Assembly (NCBI GenBank): GCA_965204725.1
Contig: OZ242005.1
Coordinates: forward strand, 5,152,001-5,216,000
Origin: Candidatus Latescibacterota bacterium
GTDB lineage: Bacteria; Latescibacterota; UBA2968; UBA8231
Reading direction: 5' to 3'
Length of the DNA: 64,000 nucleotides
In this document: one piece after another, positions 38,733 through 48,081 of the stretch
How positions within the stretch are numbered: the stretch's first letter is position 1
Layout of the letters: the number at the start of each line of letters is the position of its first letter
Program-made: the position numbers and the translations under genes
Notes under the pieces: generated by a model
The model's input: only the letters and a program-made list of their open reading frames with translations
Told to the model about the DNA's origin: nothing
Database searches by the model: none

Positions 38733-40925
38733 ATGAACCAATTGTATAAAGGCTTTATAGATCGCCTGACCTACCACAACCCGGAAAACGGCTATACCAT
38801 TGCGCGCTTAGTCGTAGAGGGCCAGCGCGAGCGAATCGCCATCGTGGGGGCACTGGCCTCCATCCAAGAGGGCGAGAGCGTCGAAGTCGAGGGCGCGTGG
38901 ACCAATCACCCCAAATACGGCAAGCAATTCAAGGTAGCGCATTATAAGGCCGTTTATCCCTCGACCCTTGAAGGGATGCAAAAGTACCTCGGGTCCGGCT
39001 TGATCAAAGGCGTCGGGCCGAAGTCGGCCAAGCGCATCGTCGAGCACTTTGGCGCGGAAACGCTCGACATCATCGACGCGGATCCCAGCCGGCTAGCGGA
39101 AGTGCCCAAACTGGGCAAGAAGCGGGTTGAGCTGATTGCCGCGGCGTGGGACGAGCAGCGGCAAATCAAGGACGTAATGGTCTTTTTGCAGTCGCACGGG
39201 ATTACCACCGGCTACGCGGTGAAAATTTTTAAGACCTACGGTCAAGAGGCCATCCAAAAGGTCCGCAGCGATCCCTATCGCTTGGAGCGCGATGTGGATG
39301 GGATCGGCTTCCGCATCGCCGATCGCATTGCCCAGCGCCTAGGACTCAGCCGCGACGCCCCCGAGCGTGTGCAGGCCGGCATCCGCTACCTGCTCTCGCA
39401 AGCCGCCGACGAAGGCCACGTGTACTTGCCGGCCGTCAAAATGATGGAGCGAGCCGTCGAAATTTTGACCATCAACGCCGAGTTGTTGCCGCCGGCATTG
39501 GAGGCCCTGCGCGCCGACGATGGCGTGGTCACCGAAGACCTGCGCTATTATCTGCCGCCGCTCCACCGGGCCGAAGTGGGTGCCGCATCGTCGCTAAAGC
39601 GCCTTTTGCACACACCGGCCCAAGAGTTGGTCGTGCCCGCAGAAGACGAGGACGGGCTAGAGTTGGCTCCGGCGCAAAAACAGGCTGTGGCCTGGGTTGC
39701 CACGAGCAAAGTGCTGGTGCTGACCGGCGGGCCGGGCACGGGCAAGACCACGGTCACGCGGCGCATCTTGCGCCTTTTGGAGGAAGGGGGCCTCGCGGTG
39801 GCACTGTGCTCGCCCACGGGCCGTGCGGCCAAGCGGCTGAGCGAAGCAAGCGGGCGCGCGGCCAAGACCATTCACCGGCTGCTGGAATTTCAGCCGGGCG
39901 AGCGGCAGTTCAAAAGGGGCTACGACAACCGCCTCAAGCTCGACGCCCTGATCGTCGATGAGGCTTCCATGATCGACGTGGTGCTGATGAACGCGCTCCT
40001 GCGCGCCTTGCCCGACCACGCTCGGGTGGTGCTCGTCGGTGACATCGACCAGTTGCCCTCGGTGGGGCCGGGCAACGTGCTCCGCGACATTATCGACTCC
40101 GCCAAAGTGCCGGTGGTGCGCCTGACGCAGATTTTTCGCCAAGCCCAAAAAAGCCACATCATCCGCAACGCGCACCGCGTCAACAACGGCGAAATGCCCA
40201 TCGTCGATAACCATGCGGGCGCGGATTTCTACTTTATCCAAGAAGGCGACCCGGAGCGGGTGGTCGAGCGGGTGGAGGAGCTGTGCGCCACGCGGCTGCC
40301 CCGCTATCGGGGGTGGGATCGACGCGCCGACATCCAAGTGCTCGCGCCCATGTATCGCGGCGAGACCGGCGCGCTCAACCTCAACCAGCGCCTGCAACAG
40401 CGCCTCAACCCACACGGCCCAGTGCATCGCCATCGCGGGGCCGAGTTCCGGGTGGGGGACAAGGTCATGCAGGTCAAAAACGACTACGACAAGGGCGTTT
40501 TTAACGGCGACATTGGCACGGTCGAGCGGCTCGACGCGGAAAATCAGGTGCTCTACGTGCGCTTTGACTCCACCTTGGAATACGATTCCGTTGATCTCGA
40601 CCAGCTGACCCTCGCCTACGCCATCAGCATCCACCGCTCGCAGGGGTCGGAATTTCCCGTGGTGGTCCTGCCGCTGACCACTCAGCACTACGTGATGCTC
40701 CAGCGCAACCTGCTCTACACGGCCATTACCCGTGCCAAGCAGCTAATCGTCATCGTCGGCACCTCCAAGGCCCTCAAGCTGGCCATTGCCAACGATCAGG
40801 TAGCCCAGCGCTTCACCACGCTCAAAGAGCGGCTGTGCGATGAGGTCGGCTCGGTACTAAAAGCCGGGCAAGCGGCCAACGGAGCATTGGAAGCACCCGA
40901 GCCGAGAAAGGCCGAAAACTTATGA
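38733..40925 (+). CDS. recD2: RecD2-like SF1B helicase
   Basis: HPKYGKQF, HhH IKGVGP, TGGPGTGKTT, VDEASM, GDIDQLPSVGPG, AYAISIHRSQGSEF, LLYTAITRA. Confidence 0.93.
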   Translation: MNQLYKGFIDRLTYHNPENGYTIARLVVEGQRERIAIVGALASIQEGESVEVEGAWTNHPKYGKQFKVAHYKAVYPSTLEGMQKYLGSGLIKGVGPKSAKRIVEHFGAETLDIIDADPSRLAEVPKLGKKRVELIAAAWDEQRQIKDVMVFLQSHGITTGYAVKIFKTYGQEAIQKVRSDPYRLERDVDGIGFRIADRIAQRLGLSRDAPERVQAGIRYLLSQAADEGHVYLPAVKMMERAVEILTINAELLPPALEALRADDGVVTEDLRYYLPPLHRAEVGAASSLKRLLHTPAQELVVPAEDEDGLELAPAQKQAVAWVATSKVLVLTGGPGTGKTTVTRRILRLLEEGGLAVALCSPTGRAAKRLSEASGRAAKTIHRLLEFQPGERQFKRGYDNRLKLDALIVDEASMIDVVLMNALLRALPDHARVVLVGDIDQLPSVGPGNVLRDIIDSAKVPVVRLTQIFRQAQKSHIIRNAHRVNNGEMPIVDNHAGADFYFIQEGDPERVVERVEELCATRLPRYRGWDRRADIQVLAPMYRGETGALNLNQRLQQRLNPHGPVHRHRGAEFRVGDKVMQVKNDYDKGVFNGDIGTVERLDAENQVLYVRFDSTLEYDSVDLDQLTLAYAISIHRSQGSEFPVVVLPLTTQHYVMLQRNLLYTAITRAKQLIVIVGTSKALKLAIANDQVAQRFTTLKERLCDEVGSVLKAGQAANGALEAPEPRKAENL

Positions 40926-41692
40926 ATGAATACCACGCTGCCAACAAGAAACGCTGGAATCGGGCCGCGCCTCAGTACGCGGAAAAGCAAGACAAAAAGG
41001 GAACGTGGCGGATTGCCCACCAGCAGCCAGAAGTCGTCTTCCTCGAGCGAGAATTGGAGCTGATGGGCCAAGTTCGCAATCGAGACGTCTGCGTGCTCGG
41101 CAGCGGCGACAACGTCGCGGTATTCGCCTTGGCGGGCATGGGCGCCCGCGTAACCTCGGTTGATATTGCCAGCGAACAGCTAAAGGTGGCGCAGCAGCGG
41201 TCCGCCGAACTCGGCTTGAGCGTCCAGTACGTCGAAGCGGACGTAACCAACCTCTGCGGCTTGGCGAGTGCGGCCTTTGATCTCGTTTACACGGGCGGGC
41301 ACGTCGGAGTCTGGGTCGCTGATCTGCGAGCGTACTACCGCGAGGCCATTCGCATTCTGCGGCCAAGCGGCCTGCTCTTAATCAACGAGTATCACCCCTT
41401 CAGAAGGATATGGAAGGACCAAAAGACGGCATTAGCGGTTGGGTACAGCTACTTTGACAATGGACCCCACCGGTACCACGCTTCCGCCGAGCTGCTGTCC
41501 GATAGGTCCGCTGGCGACACCGTGCAGTACGAGTTTCACTGGACAGTGACCCAGTATCTCAAGGCCGTTATCGAGCAAGGCGTGGAGTTGGTTGAGTTTG
41601 AGGAGCTGGGGGACGCGGCCGAAGGCTGGGAGTATGCGCCGCTGGCGGGGCTGCCGCAAATGCTGCTGATCGCTGGCCGAAAGCGGCCCTAG
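40922..41692 (+). CDS. Class I SAM-dependent methyltransferase
   Basis: VCVLGSGD, VTSVDIA, FDLVYT, LRPSG. Confidence 0.85.
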   Translation: MNEYHAANKKRWNRAAPQYAEKQDKKGTWRIAHQQPEVVFLERELELMGQVRNRDVCVLGSGDNVAVFALAGMGARVTSVDIASEQLKVAQQRSAELGLSVQYVEADVTNLCGLASAAFDLVYTGGHVGVWVADLRAYYREAIRILRPSGLLLINEYHPFRRIWKDQKTALAVGYSYFDNGPHRYHASAELLSDRSAGDTVQYEFHWTVTQYLKAVIEQGVELVEFEELGDAAEGWEYAPLAGLPQMLLIAGRKRP

Positions 41693-42417
41693 CCGTCTTC
41701 CTCAACGAGGAGGGTATGCACCTCGGCCTCGGCCCCGCGCTGCTGGTCTTGCGGCTGGATGCGATAGCCGATCACGACCGCCAAAGTAGCCTGCAAAAAC
41801 ACCGCGTTCAGGGCATCGGCCGCCTGTCGTACCCGCTCCAAGTCGCGTTGGCTGATGGCGTTAGACACCTCGATGGCGACCCACACGGGGGCGCGATCGG
41901 CCTTGCGCTGCGCCCGGACGATGAGGTCGGTCGCGTTAATGCGGGTTTCCTGCCCGTCGTCAATGCCTCCCGCATCAAAGGCATCTTCCACAGGCTGGAA
42001 TAGTTCGGGACGGGTGTCTTGGACCGGACTTTGCATAACCTGCGCCCGCCGCAGACCCAGCCGCTGGCTGAGCAGCGGTCGAATCCGCCGATGGAGCTTT
42101 ATTTCCAACATGTCGCCCTTGAGCGTGGCTACGTCGATTTTGAGTTCGGCGACATCGGCTTCTACCCGCGTCATGCGAGTTTTGAGTTCAGCGACATCGG
42201 CTTTGAGTTCGGCGACGTCGGCTTCTACCCGCTCCAAGCGGATTTTGAGTTCGGCGATGTCGGCCTCTATCCGCTCCAAGCGGATGGGCATGCCGAGGAA
42301 TTCGTTGGTCAGCAAGGCCCGCAATAACAGAGTCTGGGCATTGGGGTCGGCTTGCAACTCGGCGACAATGCGAGTTACCAAGGACTCGGAGTCAAGGGAA
42401 ACGGGTGTCGTAGTCAT
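41689..42417 (-). CDS. Heptad-repeat coiled-coil protein with PD-(D/E)xK-like C-terminus
   Basis: Repeated ADVAELK; TDLIV..AIEVS..DLERV. Confidence 0.7.
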   Translation of the reverse strand: MTTTPVSLDSESLVTRIVAELQADPNAQTLLLRALLTNEFLGMPIRLERIEADIAELKIRLERVEADVAELKADVAELKTRMTRVEADVAELKIDVATLKGDMLEIKLHRRIRPLLSQRLGLRRAQVMQSPVQDTRPELFQPVEDAFDAGGIDDGQETRINATDLIVRAQRKADRAPVWVAIEVSNAISQRDLERVRQAADALNAVFLQATLAVVIGYRIQPQDQQRGAEAEVHTLLVEEDG

Positions 42418-42681
42418 GGCCTATCCTACATGGTTGGCGGTGCCTTCGCCTTCGGGGCGGCGCACCTAGAAGATAATATAGACGAAGCGAAACAAAGCAA
42501 AGCGCGAGGCTTCACCCAGATATAAAGCAATATACGTGCCAGCATCGACTATCGGGTAACGGGGGCTTGCGGGCGGCGTACACTGTGTCGGGAAAGATAC
42601 ACTGTTGGGTTGTTTATGGGTCTTGGTCGCTGGGGGGCAATAGCGGCTGCGCGGGCAACCGACCCGGCCGATCTAGGGCAC

Positions 42682-45600
42682 TCAGGCGACCGCAACCTTG
42701 TCGTTTGTCGTCGTTACTGCGCCGTCCTGCACCAGCTTTTTCAGGGCGGAGCTTACCTTTTGATTCGCCTTAGCCGTGACGCGGCGAAAGCCCATCAGCG
42801 ATAGGGCCTCGGCAATGGCCTCGGCTTCCGATAGGCTAAAGGCTGCGCGGATTGCCGTGAGCAAGGCTACGCGAACTTCCTCGTCGGGCACCAGCTCAAT
42901 GTTCTTCACGGTGGGCGGCATGTCCGAGCGGTCACGCACCCGGACGGGCTTGTCGCTGTCGGCAAACAGGAAGTCGCCTTCAAGGTGGAGGAGGCCGTTT
43001 CTGTGCCCGCATTCGGCGGCCCGTTTTATGTGCCCGAGCATTCTCGAACCCACGCGGGCAAAGCCGGCTGATTCAGCGAGTCGCCGAGCCGCCTCGGTCA
43101 GGTGAACGGGGCCTTCAATGTCGATCACCTTGCGCATGGCTTGCGCGACGTCGCCTAGGGGCAACTCGTGGATCTCGGCGGATTCGTCAAGGCCCAAATC
43201 GCCCGTGGCCAGCACATAAGGGGGGGCCTGCAAGTTGTTTTCCGTCGGCTCATCGCGGATGATGACGGGCGGTGTGGGCTTGGACGGTGGGCTTTCTTCG
43301 GCCGCGTGCAATGCTTGGGCAATGGAATCCTTGAGGCGGGTGCTTTCTCTATGGGGATCCCGGAACCAGTCGGTACTCCAGATGCGATGGAAGCGCCAGC
43401 CCAAGCCCTCCAGCACGCTTTGGCGCAAGCGGTCGCGGTCGCGGGCTGTTGCTGAACTGTGATAACTCGCGCCGTCGCACTCTACGGCCAAAATGTAGCG
43501 GCCGGGCTTTTGGGGGTCGCGCACGGCAATGTCAATGTAAAAGCCCGCCGAACCCACTTGCGGCTCGATGTCGTAGCCCAGCCGGCGAATGGCGTCGCTG
43601 ACGGCCTCCTCAAACGGCGAATCCGGCTCCTTCCCGGTCTCGTCGCGGTGGTGCTCTAGTTCGCCGGTCTGCGCGTAGTGCAAGAAGCTCTTTAAGGCGC
43701 GCACCCCAAACGGCGAATGGCCCTCGGTTTTCATGTCGTCCGCCGTAAAGTTGCTAAAGACTTCCATCGCCAAGCGGGCGCGGGTGATCAACACGTTCAA
43801 GCGGCGCTCACCGCCCTCGCGGTTCACCGGACCAAAACTCGCGCTCATGTTGCCAGCGGCCGTGCGGCCATAGCCAATGCTAATGAAAATCACGTCGCGC
43901 TCATCCCCCTGCACGTTCTCCAAGTTTTTTACAAAAAAGCCCTCTAGCGCACCCGTGGTGAAAAATTCCTCGCAACTCGGATCGAGACGCCGCAACCGCT
44001 CGATTTCCAGCAAAATACAGTCGCGCTGAGCGGTCGAAAACGCGACCACTCCCAAGGTTAGGTCCGGGTGCGCTTGGGCGTGGTGCATGACCGCCTCGGC
44101 TACGGCGCGTGCCTCCAGCGGGTTGGTGCGCGAACTGCCGCGCTCGTACACCGACTCGGGCAGGTGGTTAAACGCCAACCCCTTGGCGTAGGGATTCACC
44201 CCGGGACTGGGGAAGATCATCAAGCGGCCCCCGTAAAACTCCCGGTTGGAAACGGCAATCAGGGAATCGTGTCGGCTCCGATAGTGCCAGCGCAACATGG
44301 ACTCCGGGGCTCCTTGCGACAAGAACATGCTCAGAATGCTCTCAATGTCGGCGGTCTGGCTTTCTTCGTCCTCTAGCTCCAAGGCTTTGGTAAAGAAGTC
44401 GGTCGGTGGCATCTGGCGCGTATCCCCGACCACCACCACCTGTTTGCCGCGCAGAATCGGGCCGATTGCATCGACCACTTTCACCTGACTGGCTTCGTCA
44501 AACACCACCAAGTCAAAGTCCAACGCGCCCTGCTCCAAGTAGGTCGCCACCGACATCGGGCTCATCATAAACACGGGCTTTATTTGCTGAATCGCCCGGC
44601 CGGCTTGGGCGATTAGCTGGCGAATCGGTATGTGGCGGCGCTTCTTGTTTATCTCGCGGCGAATAATCGCCATCTGGCCGGCCGCGTTGGCGGCCGGCAA
44701 GCGGCGGTAGTGCCTCAAGACCAAGGCTTCTTGGGCGTGGTGGAGCAGTTCCTCGTCCAAGCGTCTAAATTCGGCGATGGCGCTTTCGTGGCTGGTCCGG
44801 TTAAACCGCTTGATCGCCTCGCTCGTGCTATACGCCTCGTGTACCAAGCCCTCGTAGTAGGCTTTCTCGAGGGCGGTCAGCAGCAGGGCTGGGGGGCCTG
44901 CCCAGTCGTAAGCCAAGCGGTCGATTTGTTCCAACTCGCTGGCGCACAGTTTTTTTCTGAGGTGGTTGTAGTGCGCCATCGGTTCTAAGGCACCAATTTG
45001 GTCGCGCCAGCGATTGAGCTCGTCTGCGAGTTCGTCCAACGGCCGGTCTTCAACCGATCGCGCCTTGGTCCCCAACCGCTGGCTCACCTCGTGGATTCGC
45101 TCTTTTAGCTCGCCCGCGGTGCGCTCGATCTCCGCCAACTGGTCAGCGCACCCTTCGAGTTTCCCGCCATCCTGCAAGAATTTTAGCACGCCTTCCGGCA
45201 CCGCGCCCTCGCCCACTTCTCGGTGCAACTCGACGATCCAAGCACTGAGCACCTTCAATGCAGGCCAATCGCTGCGCGGCCCCTTCCATTGGGTCCCCAA
45301 CAGGCTTTCGCCCAAGTGCTCATGCTCGGTGTATGCCGCACGCAGGGCTTGGCATTTGAGGATGTCGTCGATGAGAGCTACGCAGGCGTTGGCCTCGGCG
45401 GGCAGCTCGCCTTTTACCAGACCTTGCAGCGTGCGGCGGGCGCGGCCGAAGCTGGGAAAAATAAAGCACCACCAGTGTCGGCCCGTAGTGGCCCACGCTT
45501 GGCGCACACTCAGTAGGTCGGCCTGCCAAGCCTGCTCGATCACTTGCTCGCGCCGCTTGTCTTGCAAGGCCGCCATTTCTGCGCCGGCTTGGAGCAGGGC

Positions 45601-47331
45601 CTCGATTTGCTCGCTGCGGTATTGCCAGTCCGCAGCGGTTAGCGGTACGCCCGCTAGGGGCGGCGCATTCAGCACGCGCTCGCCAGCGCGGCCTATCGCC
45701 CGCATGGCGGCGAGGGTTGCCGGGCGGTCTAGGCCCATCTTTTCGGCTAGGGAGTCCCCCAATTTCCGGCCGTTATCGAGTGCTGCGAGTGCTTGGGTCA
45801 AGCAAGTGACGATTTCGTTTTGCTCAATCGGTGAAACGTGCTCTAGCGTCGATTCGGCAAAGGGACTCTGGGCCGGAGTGCCCATTGCCTCTAAATGCGC
45901 AACCAGTTCGCGCACGTGCGCACAGGCGTTTGTAAAGGCCGCTTCGTCCCAATGGCGAAACCCGGCAAAGTCCAGTGCCGGCAACTCGCGCTCACCGGCT
46001 TCTTCGCGCAGCTTGAGGAGGTGCCCTTGGGCATTTATGTAGCTCGTTCCCGAAGTCAGGATGGGGCGGTTCACCGCACGACAATACGCATCGAGTTGTT
46101 GGCGTAGCTCGGCGTGGCGGTGCTTTTTGGCCTCGTGATTTTCTACGGCTGGCGGGCCGAGTTCCAACGTGCGCCTCAGCTCTTGCAGGACGGCACTCTT
46201 ATTGCTCTTGTGGCTGTGCAGCTCCAGCACGGCATCGCCCAAGTGGCATTCGTCGAGGCGGCGTTTTACCACCTCTAAGGCCGCCATCTTTTCGGCGACA
46301 AAGAGCACGGTCTTTTCGTCGGCCAGAACCTCGGCGATGATATTGGTAATGGTCTGCGATTTGCCCGTGCCCGGCGGCCCTTGAATTACCAAGTTGGAGT
46401 CTTGCTTTACCGCCATGACCGCTTGCGTTTGGCTGGAGTCCGCGTCCAACACAAAGTGGAGATCCGCGAGCTCGACCGTGACCGCCTCTTCATGCGGCGT
46501 TGCGGGCAACCCATCGCCGCCGCCGCCAAACCCGTTGGCGAGCAGTTTTTGCAACACCTCGTGGTCGTGGGGCTTGTGCCCTTCGGGCCAATTGTCTGGG
46601 TCTAAGTCCTGATACATCTGGAACTTGCCGAAAGAAAAAAAGCCGAGCGCGATTTCGTCGGCCTGCACCTGCCAGCGCGGCTGATGCTCCACGCCAGCGG
46701 CCACTTCCTTTAAGTACCCATCGAAGTCTAGCTCTTCCCCGAACTCCGGCAGCGTTATCTCGAACTCGCTTTTTAGTTTGTTGGCAAGCGTCAAGTTCGG
46801 GCCGAGGTCGGCCTGCGTGTACGCCACCTTGTAGCGCGCCCTCGCGCTGACGCGCTCCAGAGAAACCGGCACCAATACAAGCGGTGCTTTGCGGGGTGTG
46901 GAAGAGCTTTCGGCTTCGTACCAAGTCAAGAAGCCCAAGGCCAAATACAACAGATCGACGCCCTGCTCTTGGTAGTAGTTTTCGGCCTCCGCGCTGATCT
47001 TTAGCAGGCTTTTATCGAGCGCGTCTGCGGAGAGTTTGGTTTGCAGGCGGTTGTCGGTATGGCGGCGATCTGCGTCCTCATCCTCCAAAATTTGGGGCAG
47101 TGCTTGCGGGTCGCTTTCGTCCTCCATTGACGCGGGCGCGGGGATAAACGCCATTTGCTTTTGTTCGACTACCAATAGCCGAAACACCTCCCGCGCCTTC
47201 TCGTCGATTACGGCAAGCGTTTTCGCGCCGGGACGAAAGTTGAGCAGCGTATTGCCGCGCAGGCCCATGTCCAATAATTCCGACCGGCTGACATCGAGTT
47301 TTTCGGCTAACGCGGCCACCCCAATCCTCAT
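42682..47331 (-). CDS. DUF4011 + SF1 (Upf1-like) helicase + restriction-like nuclease + DUF3320 (Hhe-like)
   Basis: LLDMGLRGNTLLNF, DADSSQ, QGPPGTGKSQTITN, FDEASQ, ENVQGDERD, RRLNVLITRA, SPFE..IDIAV..ECDGASYH..RIWSTDW; start overlaps the ThuA stop (ATGA). Confidence 0.88.
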   Translation of the reverse strand: MRIGVAALAEKLDVSRSELLDMGLRGNTLLNFRPGAKTLAVIDEKAREVFRLLVVEQKQMAFIPAPASMEDESDPQALPQILEDEDADRRHTDNRLQTKLSADALDKSLLKISAEAENYYQEQGVDLLYLALGFLTWYEAESSSTPRKAPLVLVPVSLERVSARARYKVAYTQADLGPNLTLANKLKSEFEITLPEFGEELDFDGYLKEVAAGVEHQPRWQVQADEIALGFFSFGKFQMYQDLDPDNWPEGHKPHDHEVLQKLLANGFGGGGDGLPATPHEEAVTVELADLHFVLDADSSQTQAVMAVKQDSNLVIQGPPGTGKSQTITNIIAEVLADEKTVLFVAEKMAALEVVKRRLDECHLGDAVLELHSHKSNKSAVLQELRRTLELGPPAVENHEAKKHRHAELRQQLDAYCRAVNRPILTSGTSYINAQGHLLKLREEAGERELPALDFAGFRHWDEAAFTNACAHVRELVAHLEAMGTPAQSPFAESTLEHVSPIEQNEIVTCLTQALAALDNGRKLGDSLAEKMGLDRPATLAAMRAIGRAGERVLNAPPLAGVPLTAADWQYRSEQIEALLQAGAEMAALQDKRREQVIEQAWQADLLSVRQAWATTGRHWWCFIFPSFGRARRTLQGLVKGELPAEANACVALIDDILKCQALRAAYTEHEHLGESLLGTQWKGPRSDWPALKVLSAWIVELHREVGEGAVPEGVLKFLQDGGKLEGCADQLAEIERTAGELKERIHEVSQRLGTKARSVEDRPLDELADELNRWRDQIGALEPMAHYNHLRKKLCASELEQIDRLAYDWAGPPALLLTALEKAYYEGLVHEAYSTSEAIKRFNRTSHESAIAEFRRLDEELLHHAQEALVLRHYRRLPAANAAGQMAIIRREINKKRRHIPIRQLIAQAGRAIQQIKPVFMMSPMSVATYLEQGALDFDLVVFDEASQVKVVDAIGPILRGKQVVVVGDTRQMPPTDFFTKALELEDEESQTADIESILSMFLSQGAPESMLRWHYRSRHDSLIAVSNREFYGGRLMIFPSPGVNPYAKGLAFNHLPESVYERGSSRTNPLEARAVAEAVMHHAQAHPDLTLGVVAFSTAQRDCILLEIERLRRLDPSCEEFFTTGALEGFFVKNLENVQGDERDVIFISIGYGRTAAGNMSASFGPVNREGGERRLNVLITRARLAMEVFSNFTADDMKTEGHSPFGVRALKSFLHYAQTGELEHHRDETGKEPDSPFEEAVSDAIRRLGYDIEPQVGSAGFYIDIAVRDPQKPGRYILAVECDGASYHSSATARDRDRLRQSVLEGLGWRFHRIWSTDWFRDPHRESTRLKDSIAQALHAAEESPPSKPTPPVIIRDEPTENNLQAPPYVLATGDLGLDESAEIHELPLGDVAQAMRKVIDIEGPVHLTEAARRLAESAGFARVGSRMLGHIKRAAECGHRNGLLHLEGDFLFADSDKPVRVRDRSDMPPTVKNIELVPDEEVRVALLTAIRAAFSLSEAEAIAEALSLMGFRRVTAKANQKVSSALKKLVQDGAVTTTNDKVAVA

Positions 47332-48056
47332 TCGCTGTCGCGCAACAGCCAGCGCACGGCGTTTTGCTGCAACTTTTCGTAGGCCGGGTTCCACAGCGCG
47401 GCGATGGTGTGGCCCGGCGATAAATAGCACACGCGGCCCGCGCCGTATTCGTACGCCCAAGCCGCCTCGCACGTGGTGCCCAAGTCCTGCCAAGTATGCC
47501 CGTCGTCGTTGACGCTGACGGCCAAGACATGGGCTGGGTCCTTGTCGTAGCGCATGAAGTGCTGCTCGTCCTCGACGACAAAGTCCGCCACGCCGCGCGT
47601 TATGGGGTGGTCTGGGCGCGTGATGTGAACGCGGTAGGGACGCACCGGCGGGTGCCCTTGGGTCGTTGCGCCCAACACGTGGCGGAAGTCGCGGCTGCCC
47701 GGGGCGATGTACGTGGAATTGTGGTAGAAAAGAGCCGCTCCACCCGCCTCGACAAAGCTCCGCACGGCGCGGCCTTGGGCCTCGGTAATCCACTGCACGG
47801 GACGGGATTCTGCGGCCTCGACCGGCGGCTCGCTGACGAGCGCGGCCTCTAGGCCGTAGCCATCAGGCCAGATCATGCCGTCGCGAAAGACGATTAGCAG
47901 CCGATAGCCCGACAGATGGGGCGCGTTGAGCAGGGAGCGCTCGTCGGTAAAATCAATGGACAATCCAATGCCTTGGACCAAGGTGCGGCCCAAAGCCGTG
48001 CGGATGTAATCAGACGTGTGATAGCGGTCGCCCACTAGGGCAAAGGCCGTAGCCAT
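47328..48056 (-). CDS. ThuA-like (class I glutamine amidotransferase-like) protein
   Basis: FVEAGGAALFYH, HPITRGV..DEQH, YGAGRVCYLSPGH. Confidence 0.8.
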   Translation of the reverse strand: MATAFALVGDRYHTSDYIRTALGRTLVQGIGLSIDFTDERSLLNAPHLSGYRLLIVFRDGMIWPDGYGLEAALVSEPPVEAAESRPVQWITEAQGRAVRSFVEAGGAALFYHNSTYIAPGSRDFRHVLGATTQGHPPVRPYRVHITRPDHPITRGVADFVVEDEQHFMRYDKDPAHVLAVSVNDDGHTWQDLGTTCEAAWAYEYGAGRVCYLSPGHTIAALWNPAYEKLQQNAVRWLLRDSE

Positions 48057-48081
48057 GAAGCGCCTCCTCATGCAATGGGGG

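Noticed and set aside
42578-42607. Direct repeat TACACTGT (two copies)
   Set aside because: Too short to support a regulatory call without comparative data.
39657-46042. Long antisense ORFs such as 39657..40688 and 45014..46042
   Set aside because: Expected shadows of GC-rich genes on the opposite strand; no recognisable motifs.
47332-47793. N-terminal 154-aa extension of the 1703-aa ORF
   Set aside because: Overlaps the ThuA gene in another frame; recognisable DUF4011 sequence begins only near 47331.
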